Of a stretch of 64,000 nucleotides of DNA, positions 37,631 through 47,195 are shown one piece after another. The position numbers were made by a program, and so were the translations under genes. Source of the DNA: an uncultured Pirellulales bacterium (GTDB lineage: Bacteria; Planctomycetota; Planctomycetia; Pirellulales; S012-138); the NCBI GenBank assembly GCA_964445985.1, contig CAYUMU010000001.1, forward strand, positions 71,596-135,595, in the 5' to 3' direction. The notes beneath the pieces are model-generated. The model made no database searches. It was given only the letters and a program-made list of their open reading frames with translations, and had not been told where the DNA came from. Each line of letters opens with the position of its first letter. Position 1 is the stretch's first letter.

Positions 37631-37927
37631 ATGAAGTACCTTCTGGCCCTGGCCCTGTCCATCATCCTCATCGCAGGCATGGTCGCGTTTCACGCAGTGG
37701 TCACCGCGAATCCCCCCGCGCCATCGAGCGGCGCTGCCCTCTCGGGAAGCCAACTGCTTCTGTTGTCGCTGGCCCAAACGATCGAACAATACCCAATCGT
37801 GCTGGCCGTGGGCATCGTCTTCATTTGCCTCAGCGTCGTGGCCCTGTGCCCCTTCCCGGCTCGGGCACGAACACCCAAGTCGAGCGCACCGCCAGCCGCG
37901 GGTTCACCGCGTAAGGATGCCATATGA
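37631..37927 (+). CDS. small two-TM membrane protein (98 aa)
   Basis: Begins MKYLLALALSIILIAGMVAFHAVV, with a second hydrophobic segment IVLAVGIVFICLSVVALC. Its stop overlaps the hydrolase start (ATGA at 37924-37927). No obvious SD. Confidence 0.5.
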   Translation: MKYLLALALSIILIAGMVAFHAVVTANPPAPSSGAALSGSQLLLLSLAQTIEQYPIVLAVGIVFICLSVVALCPFPARARTPKSSAPPAAGSPRKDAI

Positions 37928-38802
37928 CCGAGTTGGTTGAGTTGGTCCGCGTCAACACGGCCGATGGCATCAGGTTGGACGGCGCCTGGCAAACGGCGTC
38001 TACGCCCCAGCGCGAGTCCCTGGCAGCCTCGCCGCGGGCCTGCGATGCGGTCTTGCTCGTTCACGGAACGGGAGCCAATTTCTACGCGAGTTCTCTGCTG
38101 CAGTACCTGGCCCAGCAGTTCCAACGGCAGGGCATATCGTCGCTGCTGGTCAACACGCGCGGCCACGACATCATCTATACGGCCAGCACGTCGGCCGGCC
38201 CTCAGCGAATGGGCGCCGCTTTCGAACGGGTCGCGGACTGCGTTCACGATCTGGCCGCCTGGCTTGGTTTCCTCCAGTCAAGAGGTTGTCAGCGCATTGG
38301 CGTCGTCGGCCACAGTCTGGGAGCCATCAAGGCCGCATATACATTTGCGGGGCAACCGCCAGAGAACGTCGCCTGGCTCTGCGCTATTTCGCCAGCCCGG
38401 CTCTGCTATCGGCATTTTCTCAATGGTCCCCATGGCCAGGAGTTTCAAAGCACGCTCGCCGAAGCTGAATCATTTGTGCAGGCCGGCCGCCCCGACACGC
38501 TGATGCAGGTTCGCTTTCCCATTCCCTACACCGTCACGGCCGCCGGCTACCTCGACAAATACGGCCCGGCCGAACAATACAACGTGGTTGTTCATGCCCA
38601 ACGGCTAACTTTGCCCAGCCTGTTTACCTTTGGCAGCGTGGAAGTGCAGCAGCACGCCGCCTTTCAAAAACTGCCCGAAGACATCCAGGCACTCCATAAC
38701 CCACACCTTCAAGTCGCGGTCGTCGCGGGGGCAGATCACGTATACTCCGGTGCCCGGTCGGAGCTAAACGCCTGCCTCGATAGGTGGCTGCGAAAGCTCT
38801 AA
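37924..38802 (+). CDS. alpha/beta-fold hydrolase
   Basis: Nucleophile elbow VVGHSLGA (GxSxG), HG oxyanion-like LLVHGTGANFY, and overall length and pattern of an alpha/beta hydrolase. Confidence 0.75.
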   Translation: MTELVELVRVNTADGIRLDGAWQTASTPQRESLAASPRACDAVLLVHGTGANFYASSLLQYLAQQFQRQGISSLLVNTRGHDIIYTASTSAGPQRMGAAFERVADCVHDLAAWLGFLQSRGCQRIGVVGHSLGAIKAAYTFAGQPPENVAWLCAISPARLCYRHFLNGPHGQEFQSTLAEAESFVQAGRPDTLMQVRFPIPYTVTAAGYLDKYGPAEQYNVVVHAQRLTLPSLFTFGSVEVQQHAAFQKLPEDIQALHNPHLQVAVVAGADHVYSGARSELNACLDRWLRKL

Positions 38803-38965
38803 CCCAGTTCTCCCCCGCCTTTCCAAAGACGCTCGCGTAGGCCGCGTCTGCTTCCTCCCATGCTCTTTAATTCCGCTTGGTTTCCCCGCCTTCGCCCAAT
38901 TGGCTCAATGCGACCGCTGGACGGGCGGTAGCATCCCGATAGGTAAATTTTCCTGGTAGGTGTGC

Positions 38966-38992
38966 CATGCTTACGCCCGTGGCGTAAGCATG
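38966..38992. other. perfect palindromic stem-loop in the convergent intergenic region
   Basis: catgcttacgcc-cgt-ggcgtaagcatg, a 12-bp perfect stem. No U-run. It lies between the hydrolase stop (38802) and the pyrB stop (39102). Confidence 0.4.
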
Positions 38993-39101
38993 CTTCAGGC
39001 TGAAAAACCATCAAGCGCCCGAGGTACGTCCTCGCGATCAAGCCCGAACGGGGTGGCTCCGGACGAATAATGAATCGAGTGTGATCGGAGAACCCCAAAA
39101 G

Positions 39102-40070
39102 CTAGCCTTCCCGCTTCCCGCAGCACAGCCAAAGCACGGCCATCCTTACCGCCAGCCCATTCGAAACTTGTTCCAAAATCACCGAGTGCGGACCGTCGGC
39201 CACTTCGGGTGTGAGCTCCACGCCGCGGTTGATGGGGCCGGGGGCCATGATCAGGATGTCGTCTTTGGCCGTGGCCAGCCGTTGGCGGTTCATCGCGTAC
39301 AGGTGCGCGTATTCTCGCACCGAGGGGAACGGCCGGGTTTGCTGGCGTTCGAACTGAATTCGCAGCAGGTTCACCACGTCGCATCGCGGCAGAATGTCGT
39401 CGAGGCTGTAAGAGACTTCCACGCCCAACTCTTCCCAGCGGCGCGAAACCAGCGTGGCCGGCCCACACACAATGACATGCGCGCCCAGTTTTTGCAGCCC
39501 CCAAATATTGCTCCGGGCTGTGCGGCTGTGGGCGATATCGCCGATCAGGGCCACGGTAAGGCCGGCAATTTCGCCGCGGTGCTGGCGAATGGTGAGGATA
39601 TCGAGCAGGCCCTGGGTGGGGTGCTCATGGGGTCCGTCGCCGGCGTTGATGACCGAACAGCCCAGGTTTTGGGCCAGCAGTTGCGGCGTGCCCGGCGTGC
39701 GATGCCGCACCACCACGGCGTCGACCCCCATGGCTTCGATGGTCTTGGCCGTATCGATGATGGTTTCGCCTTTGGAAAGGCTGCTGCTGCTGGCCGAGAA
39801 ATCGATCACATCGGCCCCCAACCGCCGGGCCGCCAGTCCAAAGCTGGTGCGGGTGCGGGTGGAATTTTCGAAGAACAGGTTCGAGATGGTGTAGCCGGTG
39901 AGAACCTTGAGCTTGTGCCGGCCATCGCCCACTCGGGCTTTGAAGTGATCGGCCGTGTTGAGAATCAGGTTGATCTCGTCGGCCGAGAGCGACTCCAGCC
40001 CCAGCAGGTGCTTGCGAGTCCAGGTGGAGGGCACAAGCTCGAGGTCGTGTTCGTTTTCCATCACGTTCAT
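39102..40070 (-). CDS. pyrB: aspartate carbamoyltransferase catalytic subunit
   Basis: Motifs [20 protein letters not shown] and [12 protein letters not shown] at 40070 lies 10 nt after GGAGG; the ORF-track TTG at 40079 is too close to the SD. Confidence 0.95.
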   Translation of the reverse strand: MNVMENEHDLELVPSTWTRKHLLGLESLSADEINLILNTADHFKARVGDGRHKLKVLTGYTISNLFFENSTRTRTSFGLAARRLGADVIDFSASSSSLSKGETIIDTAKTIEAMGVDAVVVRHRTPGTPQLLAQNLGCSVINAGDGPHEHPTQGLLDILTIRQHRGEIAGLTVALIGDIAHSRTARSNIWGLQKLGAHVIVCGPATLVSRRWEELGVEVSYSLDDILPRCDVVNLLRIQFERQQTRPFPSVREYAHLYAMNRQRLATAKDDILIMAPGPINRGVELTPEVADGPHSVILEQVSNGLAVRMAVLWLCCGKREG

Positions 40071-40221
40071 GTTCGCCAATCCTCCCGCCAGCTGCTCAAA
40101 TACCCGCCGCCCCCACTAGTTGCTAGCGATTCTAGCAGGCTTGCGGCTGACTGGGGAGCGAGCGGCGGCGAAGTTGCAACGCGCGGCCAACGTGCCGGCC
40201 GGTTGGATAAGCTCGCGGTGG

Positions 40222-41898
40222 TTAGGCTTCGAAGAAGGCCGAAAAATCCTGGCCGTCGGACAGCCAGGGGTGGTCTTGCGGCCAGGCGGCAAACCAGTTG
40301 GCATCGAACGAGAGCTCGGAGAAATCGGTGACAGGGTTGAAGTTGCCAGCCGCAAAGTCGAACTGGCCCTCGGAGTTACTTTCCGGCTTGAGGTCTTTGG
40401 TGATGGCCCTCAGCAGCGAGCCGGCGGCGTGAACCATCCGCTCGGTCGCCTTGGACGAAATTCCGCTGGCAATCCCGCAGGGGGCGTCGTCGTTGGCGTG
40501 CGAATGGCCGTCAGGCTCGGCAGTGCTCGCCAAATTCCTAAAGGATTGCAGCTTGCCGACGGGTATCCAGGTTTCCACGGCAATCAGGTCGCCGTCTTGG
40601 ATTTCGCCTTGGCGGATCATGGTCTCCAACTCGTCGGCCCGAATGGTGCCTCGAACGCGGCCCTTTCGCATCCAGCGGAAGGATTGCTGGCTGCTGGTCG
40701 CGGCATCGAAATCAGCCGCGTCCGCGGGCGGTTCGCTCGCGGCGAGATGGGGGCACAGGCGCGCCAACTGCTGCCAGCAGGCAGACGCCAAGGCCTCCGA
40801 CTGCTCGCGGGTTTCGCCAGCGATATCGAAATGAGCCTTGTGGCTGGCGTTATCTTGGCGGTGCAAAACGGCAATTCGATTGCGGGGCGGAGCGCCGAGC
40901 TGCGTCGATTGGCGGCGGGCTTTGGCGGCCTGATCTCCCAGCGCGCGCACGGCCCGTCCGCTGAGACCCCCGATCATGCCAGAAGCAAAGGTGGTGACCA
41001 GCCGGCCTGTTTCGGCGACCTTGCTGGCTTGTTCGGCCTTGGCGACCAGATGCGGAGGATGCGATCCCCGGTGGGGCGGAACCAGGCCGGCAATATTACT
41101 GAACGACACCCGCTGCTCAACCAGGCAATGGTCGCCGGGCACCAGAACCAGCGCCGCAGGCAGAATGAAAATCCAGCCTGGGGTGGGCGCGGCATCCGCG
41201 GCCGGCAACAGCTTGAGCAGGGCGGGAGCCTGAAACGAAATGCCTTCGACGCCGCCCACCGGCCAGCGGTCGGGCACGGCGGAAATCGGGGCGGCCGGGC
41301 CTTGGATTCGCTGCTGAAACTTGTGCTGGATGTCGGTAAATAGCGTGGAAAACGCAGATTGGACCGCGGCACGGGGGCCTTCGGCCACCGGCGGCGGGGC
41401 CAACGGCAATCCGCTGTGCGGCGTGGGGAGAACCGGTGGCGCCGCGTATGCAACTGCCGTGGGAATAAACGGAGGCTGCGGCGGGGGCGAAAAGGGAGGC
41501 GGCACAAGGGGCGGCGCCCCGGGTGAAGCGCTGCGCGCGATCGCCCCTACCGGCGTTTTCACCACGGCTCGGCCAGGCAGGGCAACATGCGGCGGCCGAA
41601 TGGGCGCGGCCGAATGAACGGCGACGGGTTGAATCGTGAGGTTGGCCGCAGTTGCGGGCGTGCCGACGGCGTGGCTGCTGGCACTCGCCGCGCTGCCAGG
41701 AATGATCGCCGGTTCCGAAACTTCGGTGACCGGCGGAAAGACCCCCGCGACATCACTGGCCAAAATCCAACGATTTCCGGCCGATTGGCAAACGAAGTCG
41801 CTCGGCTGCAAATCGCCGCGATCGGCCATGGCTTGCAATTGAACCAGGGTGAGAGGGCCCAGCCGCTGTCCTTCATTCGCTACATACCACTGCCACAT
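40222..41898 (-). CDS. GYF_2 (DUF4339)-domain protein with Pro-rich and unknown central regions
   Basis: ATG at 41898 lies 9 nt after GGAGG. N-terminal WQWYVANEGQRLGPLTLVQLQAMADRGDLQPSDFVCQSAGNRWILASDV fits the GYF_2 pattern. A second GYF-like segment lies near the C-terminus (FRWMRKGRVRGTIRADELETMIRQGEIQDGDLIAVETWIPVGKL). Confidence 0.7.
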   Translation of the reverse strand: MWQWYVANEGQRLGPLTLVQLQAMADRGDLQPSDFVCQSAGNRWILASDVAGVFPPVTEVSEPAIIPGSAASASSHAVGTPATAANLTIQPVAVHSAAPIRPPHVALPGRAVVKTPVGAIARSASPGAPPLVPPPFSPPPQPPFIPTAVAYAAPPVLPTPHSGLPLAPPPVAEGPRAAVQSAFSTLFTDIQHKFQQRIQGPAAPISAVPDRWPVGGVEGISFQAPALLKLLPAADAAPTPGWIFILPAALVLVPGDHCLVEQRVSFSNIAGLVPPHRGSHPPHLVAKAEQASKVAETGRLVTTFASGMIGGLSGRAVRALGDQAAKARRQSTQLGAPPRNRIAVLHRQDNASHKAHFDIAGETREQSEALASACWQQLARLCPHLAASEPPADAADFDAATSSQQSFRWMRKGRVRGTIRADELETMIRQGEIQDGDLIAVETWIPVGKLQSFRNLASTAEPDGHSHANDDAPCGIASGISSKATERMVHAAGSLLRAITKDLKPESNSEGQFDFAAGNFNPVTDFSELSFDANWFAAWPQDHPWLSDGQDFSAFFEA

Positions 41899-42123
41899 GC
41901 CACGCATCCTCCCTGACACCTTTGCCGACCCGTCCAGACGAATCTGGGCTGGGCGCGGCAACTTTGGCTCGCCCATCGCTCCGCCGGAATCGTCCGGTTA
42001 TCCAGTGAAGTTCGGCATTCGCCGCATGGCCACTAAAGTTTAGCAGGGTGCGATTCTTCGGAGTGGAGCGAGCTTGCGGCGGGCGGCTGGCCCCCCGCCG
42101 GCTCTGCCAGCCGCGCCAGCAAG

Positions 42124-43392
42124 CTACATATTCCAATCGGCCTCGTTGCGGCGATGATCCATTTGAGAGAGAAAATTCGAGTAGCACATCCAAGCCACCA
42201 GGCCGTTGAGGTCGGCGAGTTGCGGTGGCAGGTAGCGGGGAGACGTCAGGAAACCTTCGGCCAGTAGCTGTGCCAGCACCGGAATGTCTTCCAGCGTGGT
42301 CTTGCCGGCAAACAGCAGGGGGATGGTGTCGAGCTTGCCCTTGCGCACGGCCAACTGCACAAACTGATAAACCTGCACAAAGCCTTTGCTGTAGGTCAAA
42401 TCTTTGGTGAACGGACCCAGGGTCGGCGCGCTGCCTCGGAACACGCGGGTGGTGAGCTCGTAGGCTTCGTTGTCGGCAAAACCTTGCTCGCAAAAATAGC
42501 GGAACACATCGAGAAAAGTGGCGCCTTGCTCCGCCAACGCCACTGCGTGAATGCGGTTGGTCAGCCGGTGGATGCGCTGGCGATGCGACGAGAACGTGAT
42601 CAATTCCATGAACAGCGCCAGGCCTTCCTGGGTGATTGTCGAAGACGGCGGGCCTTTGCTGAGGAACGTGCAAACCTCTTGTTCGGCGCCGTTGAAGGTG
42701 GTGGCCACATGGACCCAGCCTTCGTGCACTTCGAGCAATCGCAGATCGCGCTCGTTAAAGCACGAGTCTTTGCGAAGCTTGATGTAATCCGCGCCGGCCG
42801 CGGCGTCGGCCACGATGCCATCGCTGACAATCACCCGCACCCGCCGCTCGGGATCGCAAAACACCCGATCGAGCCGGGTTTGCAACCGCTCCACGGCCTC
42901 TTCACAGGTAATGTTGCGTTCTTCGTTGCGGCCGAGCTCGGTGCGATCAAAGCTGGCCAGCATCTCCGACATCATGTCGCCCAAGTTGGCAATGGTCGGA
43001 TCCCCCTCGTGAAACACGTCGCCCGAGGCCCCGTACAATTCTTGCGAAATCAGCGAAAACTCGGGCGCGCCGCGAGCCAGCAGCATGCGAATGGCCGTGC
43101 GGTACTCGCGGCACATCCGCCGCATGATGCGGCCAATCGGGTTGAGCTGGCCCAACCGACCCTGGATGAGGCGTTCGAGTTCGTAGAACTCGCGCTGCTT
43201 GACGGCCGGATCGAAGCCCAAGCTCCGCTCCTGGTAGTAGGCCACGTCAACCTCGGGTTGTTCGCGGCAACCGGAGGCGAAGAACTTGGCACGAACATTG
43301 TCGTCCCACTTGATGGCGTCAAGGATGCGAATGGGCCGTTGCAGCTCCACTAAACGATCCGACAGTTCGCGAATGACCTGCTTGCTCCACAT
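42124..43392 (-). CDS. DUF1704 / 'flavohemoglobin expression-modulating QEGLA motif' family protein (MATCAP-like putative metallocarboxypeptidase)
   Basis: Contains the eponymous motif ITQEGLALFMELIT and an H-E-x3-H segment (LEVHEGWVHVAT). Start chosen at the ATG at 43392 (MWSKQVIRELSDRL…); the upstream 90 codons of the ORF are Pro/Arg-rich and look non-native. Confidence 0.8.
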   Translation of the reverse strand: MWSKQVIRELSDRLVELQRPIRILDAIKWDDNVRAKFFASGCREQPEVDVAYYQERSLGFDPAVKQREFYELERLIQGRLGQLNPIGRIMRRMCREYRTAIRMLLARGAPEFSLISQELYGASGDVFHEGDPTIANLGDMMSEMLASFDRTELGRNEERNITCEEAVERLQTRLDRVFCDPERRVRVIVSDGIVADAAAGADYIKLRKDSCFNERDLRLLEVHEGWVHVATTFNGAEQEVCTFLSKGPPSSTITQEGLALFMELITFSSHRQRIHRLTNRIHAVALAEQGATFLDVFRYFCEQGFADNEAYELTTRVFRGSAPTLGPFTKDLTYSKGFVQVYQFVQLAVRKGKLDTIPLLFAGKTTLEDIPVLAQLLAEGFLTSPRYLPPQLADLNGLVAWMCYSNFLSQMDHRRNEADWNM

Positions 43393-43792
43393 GTTTTGGC
43401 CGGCGGGGGCTAACGGAACGGGATTGCGTAGGGGGGGCGGAAGGCCAAATCCACAAACCGGCGGAAGAAGCCCTGGCGGTGCGACGGCAGGGGGGGCACT
43501 ATCGCAACTATACCTGCGAATTCGGCCCAACGGAATTCCCGCCAGGCGCCGCGAATGGGAAATGCGGGCATGGCCACGACTGGCAAACCAAGGAAACCGT
43601 GTTAGCCGGAGATGTGGGGGTCCGTCGATCCAACGCCTAGGGGGGAGTGCAACCGCCGGCACAATGGTTTAATCTTGTGGGGAGGTAGACGCCGAGGGCG
43701 TCGCTGCCTCGTCGCTGGTTGGTCAGGAGTGCGCCTGCCCATCCCGCCCCGAAACTCTTTCATTCAACTGCTGTTTCACAAGGACTGAACGC

Positions 43793-44257
43793 ATGATTCG
43801 TCATAAGTTGCCAACGGCTTTCTGCACGACTTTGGTTGCGAGCTTGCTTGCGGTCGGAGTATTCACCGCCACCGCGAGCTCGGTCCAGGCCGACGACCCC
43901 AACACCGCCGCGGCTAGCGCCGACGCCAAGCCGGGCAAAGTCTACGAACTGCGAATTTATACCTGCAATCCCGGCAAGCTAGACGCTTTGCACGCCCGGT
44001 TTCGCGAGCACACGCTCAAAATCTTCGGCAAGCACGGCATGCGGAACGTGATCTATCTCACGCCGGTGGATAAGGACGACACCCTGGTATATTTGATCAC
44101 GCACGACAGCGTCGAGGCGGCCGAGAAGAACTGGGCCTCGTTCCGCGACGATGCGGATTGGAAAAAGGTGTATGAGGAGAGCCACCGCGATGGACCGCTG
44201 GTCAAGAAAGTGGACCGGCAGTTCCTCAAGGCCACGGATTACTCGCCGATCAAGTAA
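43793..44257 (+). CDS. NIPSNAP-family protein with an N-terminal signal peptide
   Basis: VYELRIYTCNPGKLDALHARFREHTLKIFGKHGMRNVIYLTP… fits the NIPSNAP dimeric alpha-beta barrel pattern. It is preceded by a hydrophobic signal sequence. Confidence 0.8.
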   Translation: MIRHKLPTAFCTTLVASLLAVGVFTATASSVQADDPNTAAASADAKPGKVYELRIYTCNPGKLDALHARFREHTLKIFGKHGMRNVIYLTPVDKDDTLVYLITHDSVEAAEKNWASFRDDADWKKVYEESHRDGPLVKKVDRQFLKATDYSPIK

Positions 44258-44486
44258 CGGCGCCCCTGGCACGCGCCCCGCGCGTACCGCAATGGCCGCT
44301 CGATTTGACCATGTAGCGCAACGCACGTTTATCATTGCTTTGCTTCCACGCCCAGGTTTGGCGACGCCTCGGTGAGTCGCCGTTTCAACCATCGGAAGTC
44401 TGATCGCTCAGCGGCTGGCATGGCCGGCTATCGAACGATCAGACGCATTCATCAACCGCGCCAAGTTAATCGGACGTGGAATTGTC

Positions 44487-46793
44487 ATGCGTAACAGCCG
44501 CTGGATGCGCAACGGCGTGGCCGTTGTTGTGGCGCTAGGTATTTGTTTTTTCCTGGGAAATCGCAAGACCATGACGCGTGCCGGAGAGGACACGGCAAAG
44601 CTTTCTGCCCAGCCACAAAAGCCCACTTCGCCCCCTGAGAAAGAGGGTTCCGAAGCGGCGATCTCGGCCCGATTGAGTCTGCCGCTGGAGTACCCTCCCG
44701 CGCGGCAAGCCGACCATGCCGATGAATATCATGGGCAGCAAATCGCCGACCCCTATCGCTGGCTGGAAGACACCAACGGCGCCGACACTTTGGTCTGGGT
44801 GGCTCTCCAGAAGCATCTGAGCGATACATTCCTCCGCGAGATTCCGCAGCGCGCGTGGATTGCTCAACGGCTGAAAACGCTCTGGAATTTTGAACGCTAT
44901 GGATTGCCGTTCAAACGGGGCGATCGCTATTTCTACAGTCACAACAATGGGCTGCAAGAGCAGAGCATTCTCTATTCCACCGACGTGAATTTCGAGAATC
45001 GACGAGTCCTGCTCGATCCCAATACACTTTCGCCCGACGGCGCTGTTTCGCTAACCAGTTACAGCGTTAGTGAAGACGGCAAACTGCTGGCCTATGGCCT
45101 GTCGCACGCCGGCAGCGATTGGCAGGAGTGGAAGGTCCGCGGCGTGGAGAGCGGAGACGATTTACCGGACCACTTGCAATGGATCAAATTCTCCGGCGTG
45201 TCGTGGCTGCCCAACGCCAGCGGCTTTTATTACAGCCGGTACGCCGAGCCGGAGGCCGACGGCAAATTGAAAGACGCCAATTACTATCAGAAACTATACT
45301 TTCATAAGATAGGAACGAAACAGGCGGAAGACGTTCTGGTCTACGCGCGCGGTGACGAAAAGGAATGGGGGTTCTCGCCGCGCGTGACCGAGGATGGCAG
45401 GTATCTGATTATTCATGTTTGGCAAGGAGCGGGGCGCAAAAACAATGTTTTCTATCAAGATTTGTCGCGGCCCGACTCGGCCGTGGTGGAATTGATTCAG
45501 GGCTTCAAGGCGAAATACGACTTTGTGGATAGCGACGGCAGCCGATTTTGGTTGCTGACGAACGACGACGCACCGAATGGCCGGCTGGTGGAGATCGATG
45601 TGGCCCAGGAAGCGGATCGCGGCAACGCTCAGGCCCCCGATCAGCCGCCGGTGATGCAGACCGTGATTCCCGCCGGAGATCACGTGCTGCGGGACGTGCA
45701 TCGAGTCGGAGATCAATTTCTCTCCACCTATCTGGAGCACGCTTGCAGCGTGGTGCGGCGGTTCGATCTTGCCGGCAAGTCCCTCGGTTTGCTGGAATTG
45801 CCGGGCTTGGGAACGCTATCAGGATTGTCAGGGCGGGCGAAATCGAATGAAGCATTCTATGGTTTCACAAGCTTTACCCGGCCGACGACCATTTTCCGCT
45901 ATGATGTGGCAACGCAAAAATTTGACATCTGGAAGCAGCCAATTCTGGCCTTCGACCCCGAGCGATATGAAACCCGCCAAGTATTTGTGGAAAGCACCGG
46001 CGGCGTCAAAATTCCTCTGTTCTTGGTGCATAAGCGTGGGCTGAAACCCAACGGAAAGTTGCCGACACTGCTCTATGGTTATGGCGGCTTCAATATTTCG
46101 ATCACGCCCTCGTTTTCAGTGGCCAGCCAGGTTTGGATGGAGATGGGGGGCGTCAATGCCGTGGCGGTACTGCGCGGCGGTGGCGAGTACGGGACGGCCT
46201 GGCACGAAGCGGGCCAGAAGGCGCAAAAGCAGAATGTATTCGACGACTTCATTGCCTGCGCCCAGTGGTTGATTGAGAACCGGTACACGCGTCCGCGACA
46301 ATTGGCCATCAGCGGTCGAAGCAATGGCGGCCTGCTCGTGGGGGCCTGTTTGACACAGCGCCCCGAGTTGTTTGGCGCGGCCCTGCCGGCGGTGGGCGTG
46401 ATGGACATGCTGCGATTCCACAAGTTCACCATCGGTTGGGCTTGGGTCGGTGAGTACGGCAGCGCCGATAACCCGGAAGACTTTGCCTCGCTGCTGGCCT
46501 ATTCGCCCCTGCACAATATCAAGCCAGGCGCCAAGTATCCGCCCACGCTGGTGAGCACGGCCGATCACGACGACCGCGTGGTGCCCGCCCACAGCTACAA
46601 GTTCGCGGCCGCCATGCAGGCGGCCCAGGCGGGCGACGCGCCGGTATTGATTCGCATCGAAACCAGCGCGGGCCACGGGGCGGGCACGCCGATCTCCAAG
46701 TTGATCGACGAAGCGGCCGACCGCTTGGCGTTCTTGGCGCACTTCTTGGATGTGCCCACCCCCACGGCCAACGCGGAGGAAGGCAGCGAGTGA
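44487..46793 (+). CDS. prolyl oligopeptidase (peptidase family S9A)
   Basis: N-terminal ADPYRWLED, a beta-propeller region, and a catalytic domain with ISGRSNGGLLVG (Ser), STADHDDRVVPAHS (Asp) and AGHGAG (His). Has an N-terminal signal/anchor. Confidence 0.92.
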   Translation: MRNSRWMRNGVAVVVALGICFFLGNRKTMTRAGEDTAKLSAQPQKPTSPPEKEGSEAAISARLSLPLEYPPARQADHADEYHGQQIADPYRWLEDTNGADTLVWVALQKHLSDTFLREIPQRAWIAQRLKTLWNFERYGLPFKRGDRYFYSHNNGLQEQSILYSTDVNFENRRVLLDPNTLSPDGAVSLTSYSVSEDGKLLAYGLSHAGSDWQEWKVRGVESGDDLPDHLQWIKFSGVSWLPNASGFYYSRYAEPEADGKLKDANYYQKLYFHKIGTKQAEDVLVYARGDEKEWGFSPRVTEDGRYLIIHVWQGAGRKNNVFYQDLSRPDSAVVELIQGFKAKYDFVDSDGSRFWLLTNDDAPNGRLVEIDVAQEADRGNAQAPDQPPVMQTVIPAGDHVLRDVHRVGDQFLSTYLEHACSVVRRFDLAGKSLGLLELPGLGTLSGLSGRAKSNEAFYGFTSFTRPTTIFRYDVATQKFDIWKQPILAFDPERYETRQVFVESTGGVKIPLFLVHKRGLKPNGKLPTLLYGYGGFNISITPSFSVASQVWMEMGGVNAVAVLRGGGEYGTAWHEAGQKAQKQNVFDDFIACAQWLIENRYTRPRQLAISGRSNGGLLVGACLTQRPELFGAALPAVGVMDMLRFHKFTIGWAWVGEYGSADNPEDFASLLAYSPLHNIKPGAKYPPTLVSTADHDDRVVPAHSYKFAAAMQAAQAGDAPVLIRIETSAGHGAGTPISKLIDEAADRLAFLAHFLDVPTPTANAEEGSE

Positions 46794-47195
46794 GGGACGT
46801 CGATCACTTACTCCCCGGTCGTTGCTGTCGGCTTTGCTATGCCCCGGGCCACCCCGTCATTCCCGCGGATGCGGGAATCCAGATGCGGCGGATGGAGCAT
46901 TGTACCCGAATCGGCTCGGAATCAAGTTCTGCTCCCGGAGGTTACTCTTTAACCCCCTCCCAAATGGCCGTATCAGGGGCAAGATAATGTCACGGGCGCA
47001 AGCCCGGCGGATTGCAGGAGCGACGAGGCCATGCAAGTGACTTTGTTGGCGCGCGGGCCGCCAAGAGGTCATTGCATCTGCCTGCCGCGTGGGTTTTAAT
47101 GCCCCTTCCGCGCGCCCCGCAACCCAACGGTCCTCATGGCGTGGCGGCGCGACAGCCTCCCTCCCCTGCATGCGAATCAGAAGAGACCCCCGACG

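Noticed and set aside
39081-40331. 416-aa plus-strand ORF covering the whole pyrB region
   Set aside because: It is antisense to a textbook aspartate carbamoyltransferase (STRTR, HPTQ and PGPINRG motifs on the minus strand). Its translation is Arg/Gly/His-rich with no recognisable motifs. This is a typical high-GC shadow ORF.
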